Shown in pieces: positions 39,194-48,535 of a DNA stretch of 64,000 bases (positions are counted from its first letter, which is position 1; each line of letters opens with the position of its first letter). The notes below the pieces were generated by a model. That model worked only from the letters and a program-made list of their open reading frames with translations. It did no database searches and had not been told where the DNA came from. The stretch spans positions 85,070 through 149,069 of the forward strand of contig NZ_CAXXYB010000001.1 in the NCBI RefSeq assembly GCF_963676625.2, written 5' to 3'. A program made the position numbers and the translations under genes. This stretch comes from an uncultured Sphaerochaeta sp. Its GTDB lineage: Bacteria; Spirochaetota; Spirochaetia; Sphaerochaetales; Sphaerochaetaceae.

Positions 39194-41374
39194 ATGGAAC
39201 TACGAATAGCACTTGCCGGAAACCCGAATTGCGGCAAGACTACGATGTTCAATGATTTGACAGGAAGTTCACAGTATGTCGGAAACTGGCCCGGAGTTAC
39301 GGTAGAAAAGAAGGAAGGACGCCTCAAGGAGCATAAAGAGGTAATAATTCAGGATTTACCTGGAATTTATTCCCTTTCCCCGTATACGCTGGAAGAAGTA
39401 GTGACACGATCTTATTTAGTCACTGAAAAACCTGATGCCATCATAAACATCATTGATGGGACGAATGTAGAGAGAAACCTTTATTTGACCACCCAATTGA
39501 TCGAATTGGGAATTCCCGTAATCATAGCAGTGAACATGATTGATATCGTCCGCAAACGCGGCGACCGGATCGACTTGAAAAAACTTGGAGAGATCCTTGG
39601 TTGCGGAGTCATGGAAACAAGTGCACTCAAAGGCGAAGGAAGTCTTGGTGTTGCCAATTGGGCAATCGAGATTGCCAGGCAAAAAAAACTGGGAGAACCA
39701 CCTCACGTATTTACAGGAAGCGTTGAACATGCGATTGCCCATATAGAGGAATCAATAGCAGACACGGTGGAAAAGGATTTTCTACGTTGGTATGCCATCA
39801 AATTGTTTGAACGTGACAAGAAAATTCAATCAGAGTTGAACTTGGACGCAAAACTTGCCGCTCATATTGAGAATCACATCGTAGACTGCGAGAAAGAACT
39901 GGAGGATGATTCTGAAAGCATCATAACAAACCAACGTTATGCCTTTATCGAAAAAATCATTGGACAGACTGTTCACAAGAAGGCAGCCCTCCATAGTCTT
40001 TCAGCATCCGATAAGATTGATCGCATCGTTACCAATAGACTTCTTGCCCTACCGATATTTTTCGCTATCATGTTTTTCGTCTACTATATATCAATCAGTA
40101 CAGTAGGCGATTTTGTAACAGACTGGACCAACGATACCCTATTCGGGGGAATAATAAGCGGAGGGTTACGAACCTGGATGGATTCTCTCGGAATTGTTGC
40201 GTGGTTATCAGGCTTGGCAATTGATGGAATAGTAGGTGGCGTTGGAGCCGTCCTTGGCTTTGTTCCCCAGATGCTGATTCTTTTCTTCCTGTTATCCATT
40301 CTTGAAGATATTGGATATATGGCCCGAGTAGCATTCATAATGGACAGGATCTTTAGGAAAGTAGGACTCTCCGGGAAGAGTTTCATTCCAATGCTTATAT
40401 CTTCAGGATGTGGAGTTCCTGGTGTCATGGCTTCAAGGACCATTGAACAAGATAGAGATCGAAAGATAACCATCATAACGACTTGCTTCATTCCCTGTGG
40501 CGCAAAGATGCCTATTATCGCAATGTTTGCAGGAGCTCTTTTTGGAGGTTCCGGATTGGTTGCCACCTCAGCATATTTCATTGGCTTTGCAGCAGTAATC
40601 ATCAGTGGTATCATGCTCAAGAAAACAAAAATGTTTGCCGGAGATCCTGCTCCCTTTGTCATGGAGCTTCCCACCTATCATATTCCATCAGCTTCAAATG
40701 TCTTGAGATCTACCTGGGAACGCGGCTGGAGCTTTGTCAAACGTGCCGGCACTGTCATTCTTGTATCCGCGGTCATACTCTGGTTCCTGCAGAGCTTTGG
40801 ATTTGCCGAAGGAACCTTCCAGATGGTAGAAGATAATAATACCAGTTTATTGGCGATTATCGGGAAAACCGTCGCACCTTTGTTTGCTCCCCTTGGGTTC
40901 GGGACCTGGAAAGCTGCCGTAGCTACGTTTACGGGTCTGATCGCCAAGGAAAATGTGGTGGGAACCTTCGGTGTCCTCTACGGCTTCGCTGAATTGGCAG
41001 AAGATGGATCTCAGATATGGTCGGCTCTCGCATTGGATTTCACGCATCTTACAGCCTATAGCTTCATGCTCTTTAATCTGCTCTGCGCCCCCTGTTTCGC
41101 TGCCATGGGTGCAATAAAAAGGGAAATGAACAATGCAAAGTGGACGTGGGGAGCAATTGGATATATGACAGGGTTTGCCTATATCAGCGCATTCATTGTT
41201 TTCCAACTCGGAAGCCTGTTCACCGGAACAGGCTTTGGGTTCTCCACCTTTCTGGCCTTTGCATTACTTCTGACCCTGGGCTATTTCCTTTTCAGGAAAA
41301 ACCCTTACACAGAAGATGTAGTGACCATCAAATATGGTACACAAAGCAAATCTTCATTGGCAAGCTCTCGATAG
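39194..41374 (+). CDS. feoB: Ferrous iron transporter B
   Basis: GNPNCGKT, VGNWPGVTVEKK, DLPGIYSL, FVMELP, PCFAA. Confidence 0.97.
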   Translation: MELRIALAGNPNCGKTTMFNDLTGSSQYVGNWPGVTVEKKEGRLKEHKEVIIQDLPGIYSLSPYTLEEVVTRSYLVTEKPDAIINIIDGTNVERNLYLTTQLIELGIPVIIAVNMIDIVRKRGDRIDLKKLGEILGCGVMETSALKGEGSLGVANWAIEIARQKKLGEPPHVFTGSVEHAIAHIEESIADTVEKDFLRWYAIKLFERDKKIQSELNLDAKLAAHIENHIVDCEKELEDDSESIITNQRYAFIEKIIGQTVHKKAALHSLSASDKIDRIVTNRLLALPIFFAIMFFVYYISISTVGDFVTDWTNDTLFGGIISGGLRTWMDSLGIVAWLSGLAIDGIVGGVGAVLGFVPQMLILFFLLSILEDIGYMARVAFIMDRIFRKVGLSGKSFIPMLISSGCGVPGVMASRTIEQDRDRKITIITTCFIPCGAKMPIIAMFAGALFGGSGLVATSAYFIGFAAVIISGIMLKKTKMFAGDPAPFVMELPTYHIPSASNVLRSTWERGWSFVKRAGTVILVSAVILWFLQSFGFAEGTFQMVEDNNTSLLAIIGKTVAPLFAPLGFGTWKAAVATFTGLIAKENVVGTFGVLYGFAELAEDGSQIWSALALDFTHLTAYSFMLFNLLCAPCFAAMGAIKREMNNAKWTWGAIGYMTGFAYISAFIVFQLGSLFTGTGFGFSTFLAFALLLTLGYFLFRKNPYTEDVVTIKYGTQSKSSLASSR

Positions 41375-41409
41375 ACAAGTTCTCTTTCCAAACTATACAC
41401 TCCTCTCTT

Positions 41410-41438
41410 GCAAGGTGCGGGCAATGCCTGCACCTTGC
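41410..41438. terminator. Hairpin between the convergent feoB and HNH genes
   Basis: GCAAGGTGCGGGC-AAT-GCCTGCACCTTGC. Confidence 0.7.
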
Positions 41439-41445
41439 CTCTTGC

Positions 41446-42195
41446 TCATCCTGCATAGGCTTTGGTTGGTTCAACCAATTCCAGGAACTCTTTCTTTCCC
41501 AGCTTGATACCAGAATCGTTGAGCCTGTCTTGCCTGGTCTCAAATAGCTGCGAAAGAACTTTTTCCTTGTCAGATTGCATACCAAAATGAAGAAACCGAT
41601 GACAAGTAGGACAAAGGGTAATGATATTCGCATAGACATCCAGACTGGATACAATTTCTGGTTGAACTTCAAGAGGGATCAAATGATGCCCTTCCACATA
41701 TTGCCTTCCAGAAGCCTGGGCAAGGAAAGTTTTGTGTCCGGTATTGATCTCGCAATGGTACTCCGATGCCTGAAAAACCTGCCTGACCATTATTCTATCC
41801 CGTGAGGGGTGGAAAGTCTGTTTCATAAGGGAAGGTTGCTTGACCGGACAAGGACAATCGATAAGAGAAAGGGAAGAAGGATGCATCAAGAAGTCCTTTC
41901 CCTCGGCAAATTCCATATAACGATTAAAGCCGGCACTATACATTCTATGTCCCCGTTCATCAAGAGCAACAAATCCAGGGTCTTCTTTCAAAGCTTGCTT
42001 GATTTCCTGCAACTGGGAATAAGAATCAACATCATAGAGGCTTTCGATATCAGGATATCCTACCTCTCTCAATAACGCTGTTATCTTGCGAAGGGATTGA
42101 AAGTAATGTTCCTGAGTAGCTTCTTTTACCTTTTTGACATTTTTCAGATATAATCCAAAGTATTCCTGTTGCATATTGCATCCCTCGATTTTCAA
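41446..42195 (-). CDS. HNH endonuclease (McrA-like C-terminal domain)
   Basis: YHCE..H.TF...YVEGHHLIP...LDVYANIITLCPTCHRFLHFG. Confidence 0.88.
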   Translation of the reverse strand: MKIEGCNMQQEYFGLYLKNVKKVKEATQEHYFQSLRKITALLREVGYPDIESLYDVDSYSQLQEIKQALKEDPGFVALDERGHRMYSAGFNRYMEFAEGKDFLMHPSSLSLIDCPCPVKQPSLMKQTFHPSRDRIMVRQVFQASEYHCEINTGHKTFLAQASGRQYVEGHHLIPLEVQPEIVSSLDVYANIITLCPTCHRFLHFGMQSDKEKVLSQLFETRQDRLNDSGIKLGKKEFLELVEPTKAYAG

Positions 42196-42210
42196 AGATA
42201 CTTCAAATAC

Positions 42211-42798
42211 CTACCGTTTCCTCAACACTGCATTGATCCACTTTTCCCCTGCCCTGTCAGATCGGGAATCGGTAGTCTGCAGGATTTCCAACAGCTCGAA
42301 TTGACCTTGCTGTTGTACGAACTTTTGGAAGGCGGGTACCGTAAAACAAGTAAACGATCGCCCTTCCTTGGAAAAATCTTGTTCTCTATCCTTGAAGGAA
42401 CAAAAGAGTATTCCCGAAGGCTTCAAGGCCTTCGATAGAAGCGTGAAAGTAGCTGACATCTCATTTTGCGGAACATGCAGCAAGGAAGCACTTGCCCAGA
42501 TACCATCGAAATGGTCCAGGTAATCAAGATCACTGAAACCCATCTGTCGTACGGGAATGGCCACCAAGCGCTTGGTGGCTTCTACCATAGCCTTTGAAAG
42601 GTCAAAAGCCTCGACTGCATATCCCATTTGCGTGAAAGCCAGGCTATCCCTTCCACTGCCACACCCTGCATCTAGCAACGTTGACCCTGAAGGCAAGTGG
42701 GAAAGGAAAAAATTATATTGTTCAGTCATGTCGACGACCAAGGTGGACTGAAGAAATTGTTCAGTGTTGGCATCATAGTAGGAAGCAGCATTACTCAT
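42211..42798 (-). CDS. Class I SAM-dependent methyltransferase
   Basis: YYD.N, LDAGCGSGRD, FDGIWASASLLH, LKPSGILF.SFK. Confidence 0.92.
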   Translation of the reverse strand: MSNAASYYDANTEQFLQSTLVVDMTEQYNFFLSHLPSGSTLLDAGCGSGRDSLAFTQMGYAVEAFDLSKAMVEATKRLVAIPVRQMGFSDLDYLDHFDGIWASASLLHVPQNEMSATFTLLSKALKPSGILFCSFKDREQDFSKEGRSFTCFTVPAFQKFVQQQGQFELLEILQTTDSRSDRAGEKWINAVLRKR

Positions 42799-42955
42799 CG
42801 AGTTTCCTCCAAGGTTTGCAGTATAGCAATAATTTCGATACTAAGGCAAAACATACGAGAGATGAAATAAAACATGCGAATATCAGCGATTTGTGCTAGT
42901 TTTATAGTCGTTCAGCAATAGATTATCTATATTTTATATCAGAAGAAGGTAAGCA

Positions 42956-44293
42956 ATGAAAGAAAATATTGAATTCTCCAATCTCAAGGACTATGAAAGT
43001 ACCTTTGAAGCAGACAGGAAAAACGAAGTGGCCATGCATGCCACTGTTGCCAATGGAATTCTGGAAAGCTGTAAAGCGGTTGAAGCCGTAGTAGCAAATT
43101 CCCATAACTTCTCCATCAGCATTGAAGCCGGTGAAATGACCAACCAGAAGAAATCCGGTCGTTGCTGGATGTTCGCTGCCCTCAATGTCATGCGTCTTGA
43201 AATCATGGAAAAACTTAATCTGAAGAATATGGAACTCTCCCAGGCTTATCCCCTGTTCTGGGATAAGTTGGAAAAAGCCAACTATTTTTTGGAAAATATC
43301 ATTGAAACCTTGGAAGAACCCCTGGAAGGCAGAGTAATAAACTATCTATTGAAGGATCCCCTTGGTGATGGCGGTCAATGGGATATGTTTGCCGATCTGG
43401 TAGCCAAATATGGTGTGGTTCCCAAGGAAATGATGCCTGAAAGCAAAGTCTCCTCCGAGACCAATCGTATGAACAGGTTACTCACGGTAAAACTTCGCGA
43501 ATTCGCCTATGCATTGAGAACCGCCAATAGCCAAGGAAAGAGCCTTGAGGAACTTCGGAAGCTGAAAGAATCCCAGTTGTCGACTATTTATACCATGCTT
43601 TGCATTTCCTTGGGCAAACCACCAAAGGAATTCACCTATGAGACAAGGGATAAAGATGATAAGTTCATCAGGATATCCAAGATTACCCCTCAGGAATTTT
43701 ACAAGAAGTATGTTTCCCTGAACCTCGAGGATTATGTAAGCCTTATCAACGCACCCACATCGGACAAGCCTTTCGGGAAAACCTATACTGTCCAATATCT
43801 GGGCAATGTCCGTGGAGGGAAACCGGTACGGTATCTCAATCTCCCCATCGAGGAACTAAAAAAAGCGGCAATCAAGCAAATGCAAGATGGAAAGGCTGTT
43901 TGGTTTGGTTCCGACGTAGGGCAAAATTCCGACAAGGACAGCGGACTTATGGCTCTCGATACCTATGATCTCGAAGGCTTATTTTCAACCACCTTTCCCT
44001 TGGACAAGGCCCAACGCCTCGATTACGGGGAAAGTCTGATGACCCATGCAATGGTGCTTACCGGAGTAAATCTTGATGAAAACGGAACACCTAACAGGTG
44101 GAGAGTCGAAAATAGCTGGGGTGAGGAGCCCGGAGTAAAAGGATATTTTGTCATGAGCGATGACTGGTTCAATGAATATACCTACCAAGTGGTAGTAAAC
44201 AAGAAATATCTGAGCAAAGAACAAAGAGAAGCCATAAATCAGGAACCAATCGTTCTCAAACCGTGGGATCCCATGGGAAGTCTGGCAAAGTAA
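42956..44293 (+). CDS. pepC: Aminopeptidase C (bleomycin hydrolase family)
   Basis: NQKKSGRCWMFA, DGGQWDM, MTHAMV, WRVENSWG, PWDPMGSLA. Confidence 0.97.
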   Translation: MKENIEFSNLKDYESTFEADRKNEVAMHATVANGILESCKAVEAVVANSHNFSISIEAGEMTNQKKSGRCWMFAALNVMRLEIMEKLNLKNMELSQAYPLFWDKLEKANYFLENIIETLEEPLEGRVINYLLKDPLGDGGQWDMFADLVAKYGVVPKEMMPESKVSSETNRMNRLLTVKLREFAYALRTANSQGKSLEELRKLKESQLSTIYTMLCISLGKPPKEFTYETRDKDDKFIRISKITPQEFYKKYVSLNLEDYVSLINAPTSDKPFGKTYTVQYLGNVRGGKPVRYLNLPIEELKKAAIKQMQDGKAVWFGSDVGQNSDKDSGLMALDTYDLEGLFSTTFPLDKAQRLDYGESLMTHAMVLTGVNLDENGTPNRWRVENSWGEEPGVKGYFVMSDDWFNEYTYQVVVNKKYLSKEQREAINQEPIVLKPWDPMGSLAK

Positions 44294-44321
44294 GAAGACA
44301 AGAACCAAGCGATCAGAAAAA

Positions 44322-44370
44322 ACCCTCCAAACGAAGCACAGCATTGCAAGCATATTCGTGTTTGGAGGGT
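44322..44370. terminator. Hairpin after pepC
   Basis: ACCCTCCAAAC...GTTTGGAGGGT. Confidence 0.55.
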
Positions 44371-44509
44371 ATCGCTTTACTATTTCAAATTACTCTTACT
44401 CACATAAAACTTCTCAAATTCATCATCAGTAAAATTATCCAAAATTTTCATATGTTTTATAGCAATTGCATATGTATTTTCGTGTATTCGCCTACCTGTA
44501 CCAATTTCT

Positions 44510-46063
44510 TTAAGCTAACTCTCCTGCCGCCTTGATCTTTACCCTACTGGTATTTCCAGGATAGTAAGCCAAGGGAACATCCTCGACATCTATGATTTCA
44601 ACGGTCTTTCGCAAAGCACCACTGGCAACAGCCAAATCAATGGCTTCTTGCTTTGCCGCTTCCAAAGCCTGGGCTCGTGGAGTCTTGTCAAAGGAAACCA
44701 GTTTCTCATAGGTTCCACTTACTTTGCTTATAGCTGAGCCAATTGCATTAGCAGTTCCGAAATGCTCGGGAGTCAATACGCTCTTGGCTCCAATAAGTTC
44801 TTGGGGAATGATGATCGAGCCACCACCGACAAGAACTACATCCATAGGTTCTGAGGAAATCTTTATGGCATCGAGATTATCCTCAACCATCGCCTTGATG
44901 GTTGCCAAACCGTTTTGTATCAATTGGGTATCGAGATGAGCAACCTTGGAAGGATCACCGAGAACTGCCATGCCAGCAGCGACGGCAAGATCTGTGGCAG
45001 TAAGAACATCACCACCGAAGATCAAAGCTTTTTCGGTGATCTGGTACCCTACGCTATCAGGGCCTACCGTTACACTTCCATCCTCAAGTTGCCGAACTAT
45101 CGAACCACCCCCGAGACCAATGGAAATGACATCGGGCATACGGAAATTCGTGCGAACTCCTCCTATGGAAACAGCTATTCCACTTTCCCTGGGAAAACCA
45201 TTTTGGATAACCCCGATATCAGTGGTAGTTCCCCCGACATCAATGACTACTGATTCCTGAATATCGCACAGATAATCCGCACCCCTGATACTGTTCGTCG
45301 GTCCACAGGCAATTGTCAGTATTGGATACCTTCTGGCATGTTCCATTGTCATCAAGGTACCGTCGTTCTGGGAAAGATATAACTCGGCGTTTACCAGTCC
45401 TTCTTGTTTCAGGGAAGCATCAAAGCCATCAGTGAACGTTTTGGCAACCTTGTGCAAGGCAGCATTGAGTATGGTGGCATTTTCCCGTTCCACCAATCCC
45501 ATCGATCCGATTTCACTGGAAATGGAGATATGGACCTCTTCTCCCATAACCTCACGGCATAGAGTTGCAGCTTCCAGTTCCTGTTCATTCCTTACTCCGG
45601 CAAAGACACAACTGATGGCAATGGCATGCACCTTGCCCTTGAGACTTTCAAAGAATTCCCTGGCCGCCTCTTTATCAAAAGGAGCTATCTCCTTGCCATC
45701 ATATTCATAGCCACCACCTACGACAACTGTCTTGACGGCAATGCTTTTCAAGGACTCAGCCCAATCCACCATGGGGGGAATGGCAACCGAAGCGGGAGCT
45801 CCGATTCTCAGTATACCTATCTTGGATAGATGCTTGCGTTCAACAATTGCATTGGTGCACTGAGTCGTTCCAAGCATCGCTTTGGTGATCAAGGATTTAT
45901 CGACTTTGGAGATTTCCAGAATCTTGTGCAACGCTTCCAGGATACCACTATAGATATCTTCACTGGTAGGTTGCTTGATATCCGCTACGACAGTAAGGTT
46001 CTCATCTATCAAGACAGCATCTGTATTGGTTCCACCAACATCAATTCCCAGACGATATTGCAT
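44510..46063 (-). CDS. Hydantoinase/oxoprolinase-family protein
   Basis: GIDVGGTNTDAV, ERENATILNA, GPTNSIRGA, IDVGGTTTD, ANAIG. Confidence 0.92.
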   Translation of the reverse strand: MQYRLGIDVGGTNTDAVLIDENLTVVADIKQPTSEDIYSGILEALHKILEISKVDKSLITKAMLGTTQCTNAIVERKHLSKIGILRIGAPASVAIPPMVDWAESLKSIAVKTVVVGGGYEYDGKEIAPFDKEAAREFFESLKGKVHAIAISCVFAGVRNEQELEAATLCREVMGEEVHISISSEIGSMGLVERENATILNAALHKVAKTFTDGFDASLKQEGLVNAELYLSQNDGTLMTMEHARRYPILTIACGPTNSIRGADYLCDIQESVVIDVGGTTTDIGVIQNGFPRESGIAVSIGGVRTNFRMPDVISIGLGGGSIVRQLEDGSVTVGPDSVGYQITEKALIFGGDVLTATDLAVAAGMAVLGDPSKVAHLDTQLIQNGLATIKAMVEDNLDAIKISSEPMDVVLVGGGSIIIPQELIGAKSVLTPEHFGTANAIGSAISKVSGTYEKLVSFDKTPRAQALEAAKQEAIDLAVASGALRKTVEIIDVEDVPLAYYPGNTSRVKIKAAGELA

Positions 46064-47154
46064 TAACACACCCCCTTGACCCGTTCTTCCAACGGAATAT
46101 AGTCAGTATCACAACCAAAATACCTAGGACCGACCAAGGCCAATCCTTTGGGGGTTCGCCACATCTCAAAACAGGGAAGTCCCACTACCAATACCCTTTT
46201 TCCATATCTGAGGGCATCAGTGGTGACAGGCAAGAACGTTTCTGTATCGACAAGACAGATAAGATCAGGCACCGTTGCCACAATGGTCCCGTCTACTGTT
46301 GCCGTAAGGTTTTCATTCTGGAATTCGACCTTGGCTTGTTTGCCTTTGCAATCCGCGATTCCATCGAGTACGACCGTGCCAAAGTTAAAGGCCCCGCGGG
46401 TTTCACGCAAGACATCGCTTATTTTTCCCTTGAACAGGCGGTAGCCCCCGGTAAACTCCAGAAAACTCTGTTCAGGGGTTTTCTCTCCGCTTTCCTTGAC
46501 ATTGCGAATTGCTTTTCCCAATTTTTCGGAACGGGTAACAATATTCTTTACCCCATATTGCTTGACAGTCTTTCCATCCATGGGATACAGGGCAACAGCA
46601 ACAGAACCACCACAACTCATCGTAACAGATCTGGCAAGTTCCTCGGTCCATTTATTGGAGATGGTTTCAAAGATGACGGCATTGCCTTTTTCGTCGGTCA
46701 AAGCCATCGGGGAAGCACTAACCCCTCCGATGGTAAAGGTAACCATTTGCAACTCGGGAAACGCACGCCCCATTCCGTCCACATCAACCAGGGGAAGATG
46801 CAGACTAGCAGCGCAAACAATAGGAAACATGCTATTGAAGCCACCGGCTTCCATTGGCATGAAGGCAAAGACCTTCTTGCCGAAATATTTGCTTACCAGA
46901 TCGTACAAGGCCTTGGCCTCTCGGCCGTTTGCTGCTTTCTCTGCCAAAACCGTAGGGGCTCCCATCATGGCCATGGGAACTACCAACGCGTCATCAGGGA
47001 CCTCTTCAGGATCGAGCAGCGTCACAGGCCCAAATTCCCGGATGGCACTCATGGCCATGAGCTTTCCAATATAGGGATCTCCACCGCCTCCGGCTCCCAG
47101 CAAGGAAGCTCCCAAGGCGATGTCTTCAATTTCTTTCAGTCCGATCAATCTCAT
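46063..47154 (-). CDS. DUF917-family protein
   Basis: LGAGGGGDPY, MGAPTV..EK, DVDGMGRAFPELQM, FQNENL, TVPDLI. Confidence 0.92.
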   Translation of the reverse strand: MRLIGLKEIEDIALGASLLGAGGGGDPYIGKLMAMSAIREFGPVTLLDPEEVPDDALVVPMAMMGAPTVLAEKAANGREAKALYDLVSKYFGKKVFAFMPMEAGGFNSMFPIVCAASLHLPLVDVDGMGRAFPELQMVTFTIGGVSASPMALTDEKGNAVIFETISNKWTEELARSVTMSCGGSVAVALYPMDGKTVKQYGVKNIVTRSEKLGKAIRNVKESGEKTPEQSFLEFTGGYRLFKGKISDVLRETRGAFNFGTVVLDGIADCKGKQAKVEFQNENLTATVDGTIVATVPDLICLVDTETFLPVTTDALRYGKRVLVVGLPCFEMWRTPKGLALVGPRYFGCDTDYIPLEERVKGVC

Positions 47155-48419
47155 TATTTAACCTTCTTGTTCTCAAAAATCCTGTGAAGGATGATATAGC
47201 AAACCATGGATACGACGATCCCGTTTATGGGACCAATGAAAAATACAAATACATTACCGGTTATATAGGCAACTGCGGCACCGAGGAGAAAGGAAATAAT
47301 ACCATCCAAGGCAAACCCTTTCTTGACCACCACGTTATCCTTATTTCCCTTGCCAATGATCCAATAGGAAGCAATGATCACTCCGGCGATAGGGGGAATG
47401 AAAGCAGTAAGAATATTCAGGAAAGCCTGGAATTTACTCATAAGTCCGATAGCAGCCAGAATAGTTCCCAATCCACCGGCAAGAGCCGTGGCAACCTTGA
47501 ATTTCTTTTCCCCTACCCCAAAGAGATTGGAGACTGCAATACCACCGCTATAAGCATTGGTAACATTGGTTGTCCAGGTTGCGAGAACCAAGGAAATCAA
47601 GCCAAAGGCAGGGACTCCCACTGAGGCAAGTACTGTAGAAATATCATATTGTCCTGTTACGATGGAGAGCACGGCACCAATGAGAATCATGGCCAGGCCT
47701 GCAGGAAGGACACCGATCAACGAGGACTTTATTACATCCTTTCTATTTTTGGCAAATCTTGAATAGTCTCCACTGATAACCCCGCCCAGAGCGAACGTCG
47801 CTACGGTAAGGCTTATGCCGGTTACCAGACTCATGGGGTTGGTAGGTTGATAATTTGCAATGATGGCGCTTCCGTCATTCTTGGTGAAAGCGGCATACAG
47901 ACCATACAGCATAACAAGAACCAAGGCAGGGACAGCAATGTAATTCAGGTATTTCAAGGCCTTGTAGCCATACATTGCCGTCAGGAGCATCAAGATACCC
48001 CATACCGAGGAACTGAGCCATGCAGGAATGGTAAAGCCTGTCATGGAAGCGACCATTGAGGAGAAGGAGGATCCGCATACGGCACTTTGGATGCCAAACC
48101 ATCCGATGCAAGCTATGGCAAGCATGAGGCTGATAATGTATTGGGCGCCTTTTTCCCCAAGGACTGCACCGGCCATCGAAACAGTGGGGAGTCCTGTATC
48201 GCAACCTTCCATACCCATGAAACACATGTACGTACAGACAATCCCATACCCAAGCAAAACACAAAGGATAACGCCACCTAGGGTGAATCCCATTCCCAAG
48301 AATCCCCCGATCATCAAACAGGGAACGCAGATCATACTGCCAATCCAAATCATGGCCAAACTACCCCAACTTTGGCGCTGTGAGGCGGAAACTTCAAAAC
48401 CTGTGTTGTTTTCACTCAT
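47154..48419 (-). CDS. NCS1 / cytosine permease-family transporter
   Basis: IGWFGIQ, DYSRFAK, WTTNVTNAYSGG, PPIAGVIIASYW. Confidence 0.9.
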   Translation of the reverse strand: MSENNTGFEVSASQRQSWGSLAMIWIGSMICVPCLMIGGFLGMGFTLGGVILCVLLGYGIVCTYMCFMGMEGCDTGLPTVSMAGAVLGEKGAQYIISLMLAIACIGWFGIQSAVCGSSFSSMVASMTGFTIPAWLSSSVWGILMLLTAMYGYKALKYLNYIAVPALVLVMLYGLYAAFTKNDGSAIIANYQPTNPMSLVTGISLTVATFALGGVISGDYSRFAKNRKDVIKSSLIGVLPAGLAMILIGAVLSIVTGQYDISTVLASVGVPAFGLISLVLATWTTNVTNAYSGGIAVSNLFGVGEKKFKVATALAGGLGTILAAIGLMSKFQAFLNILTAFIPPIAGVIIASYWIIGKGNKDNVVVKKGFALDGIISFLLGAAVAYITGNVFVFFIGPINGIVVSMVCYIILHRIFENKKVK

Positions 48420-48535
48420 ATGCTCTCTCCTTGCAAGTACTTGATGTATTGGAAGGATGATACAAAATGATTTTTTGCCTGTCATTGGCTTTAGACTAAA
48501 AAATACAACGAATATTTTGGCTAAAAGGACAAAAA

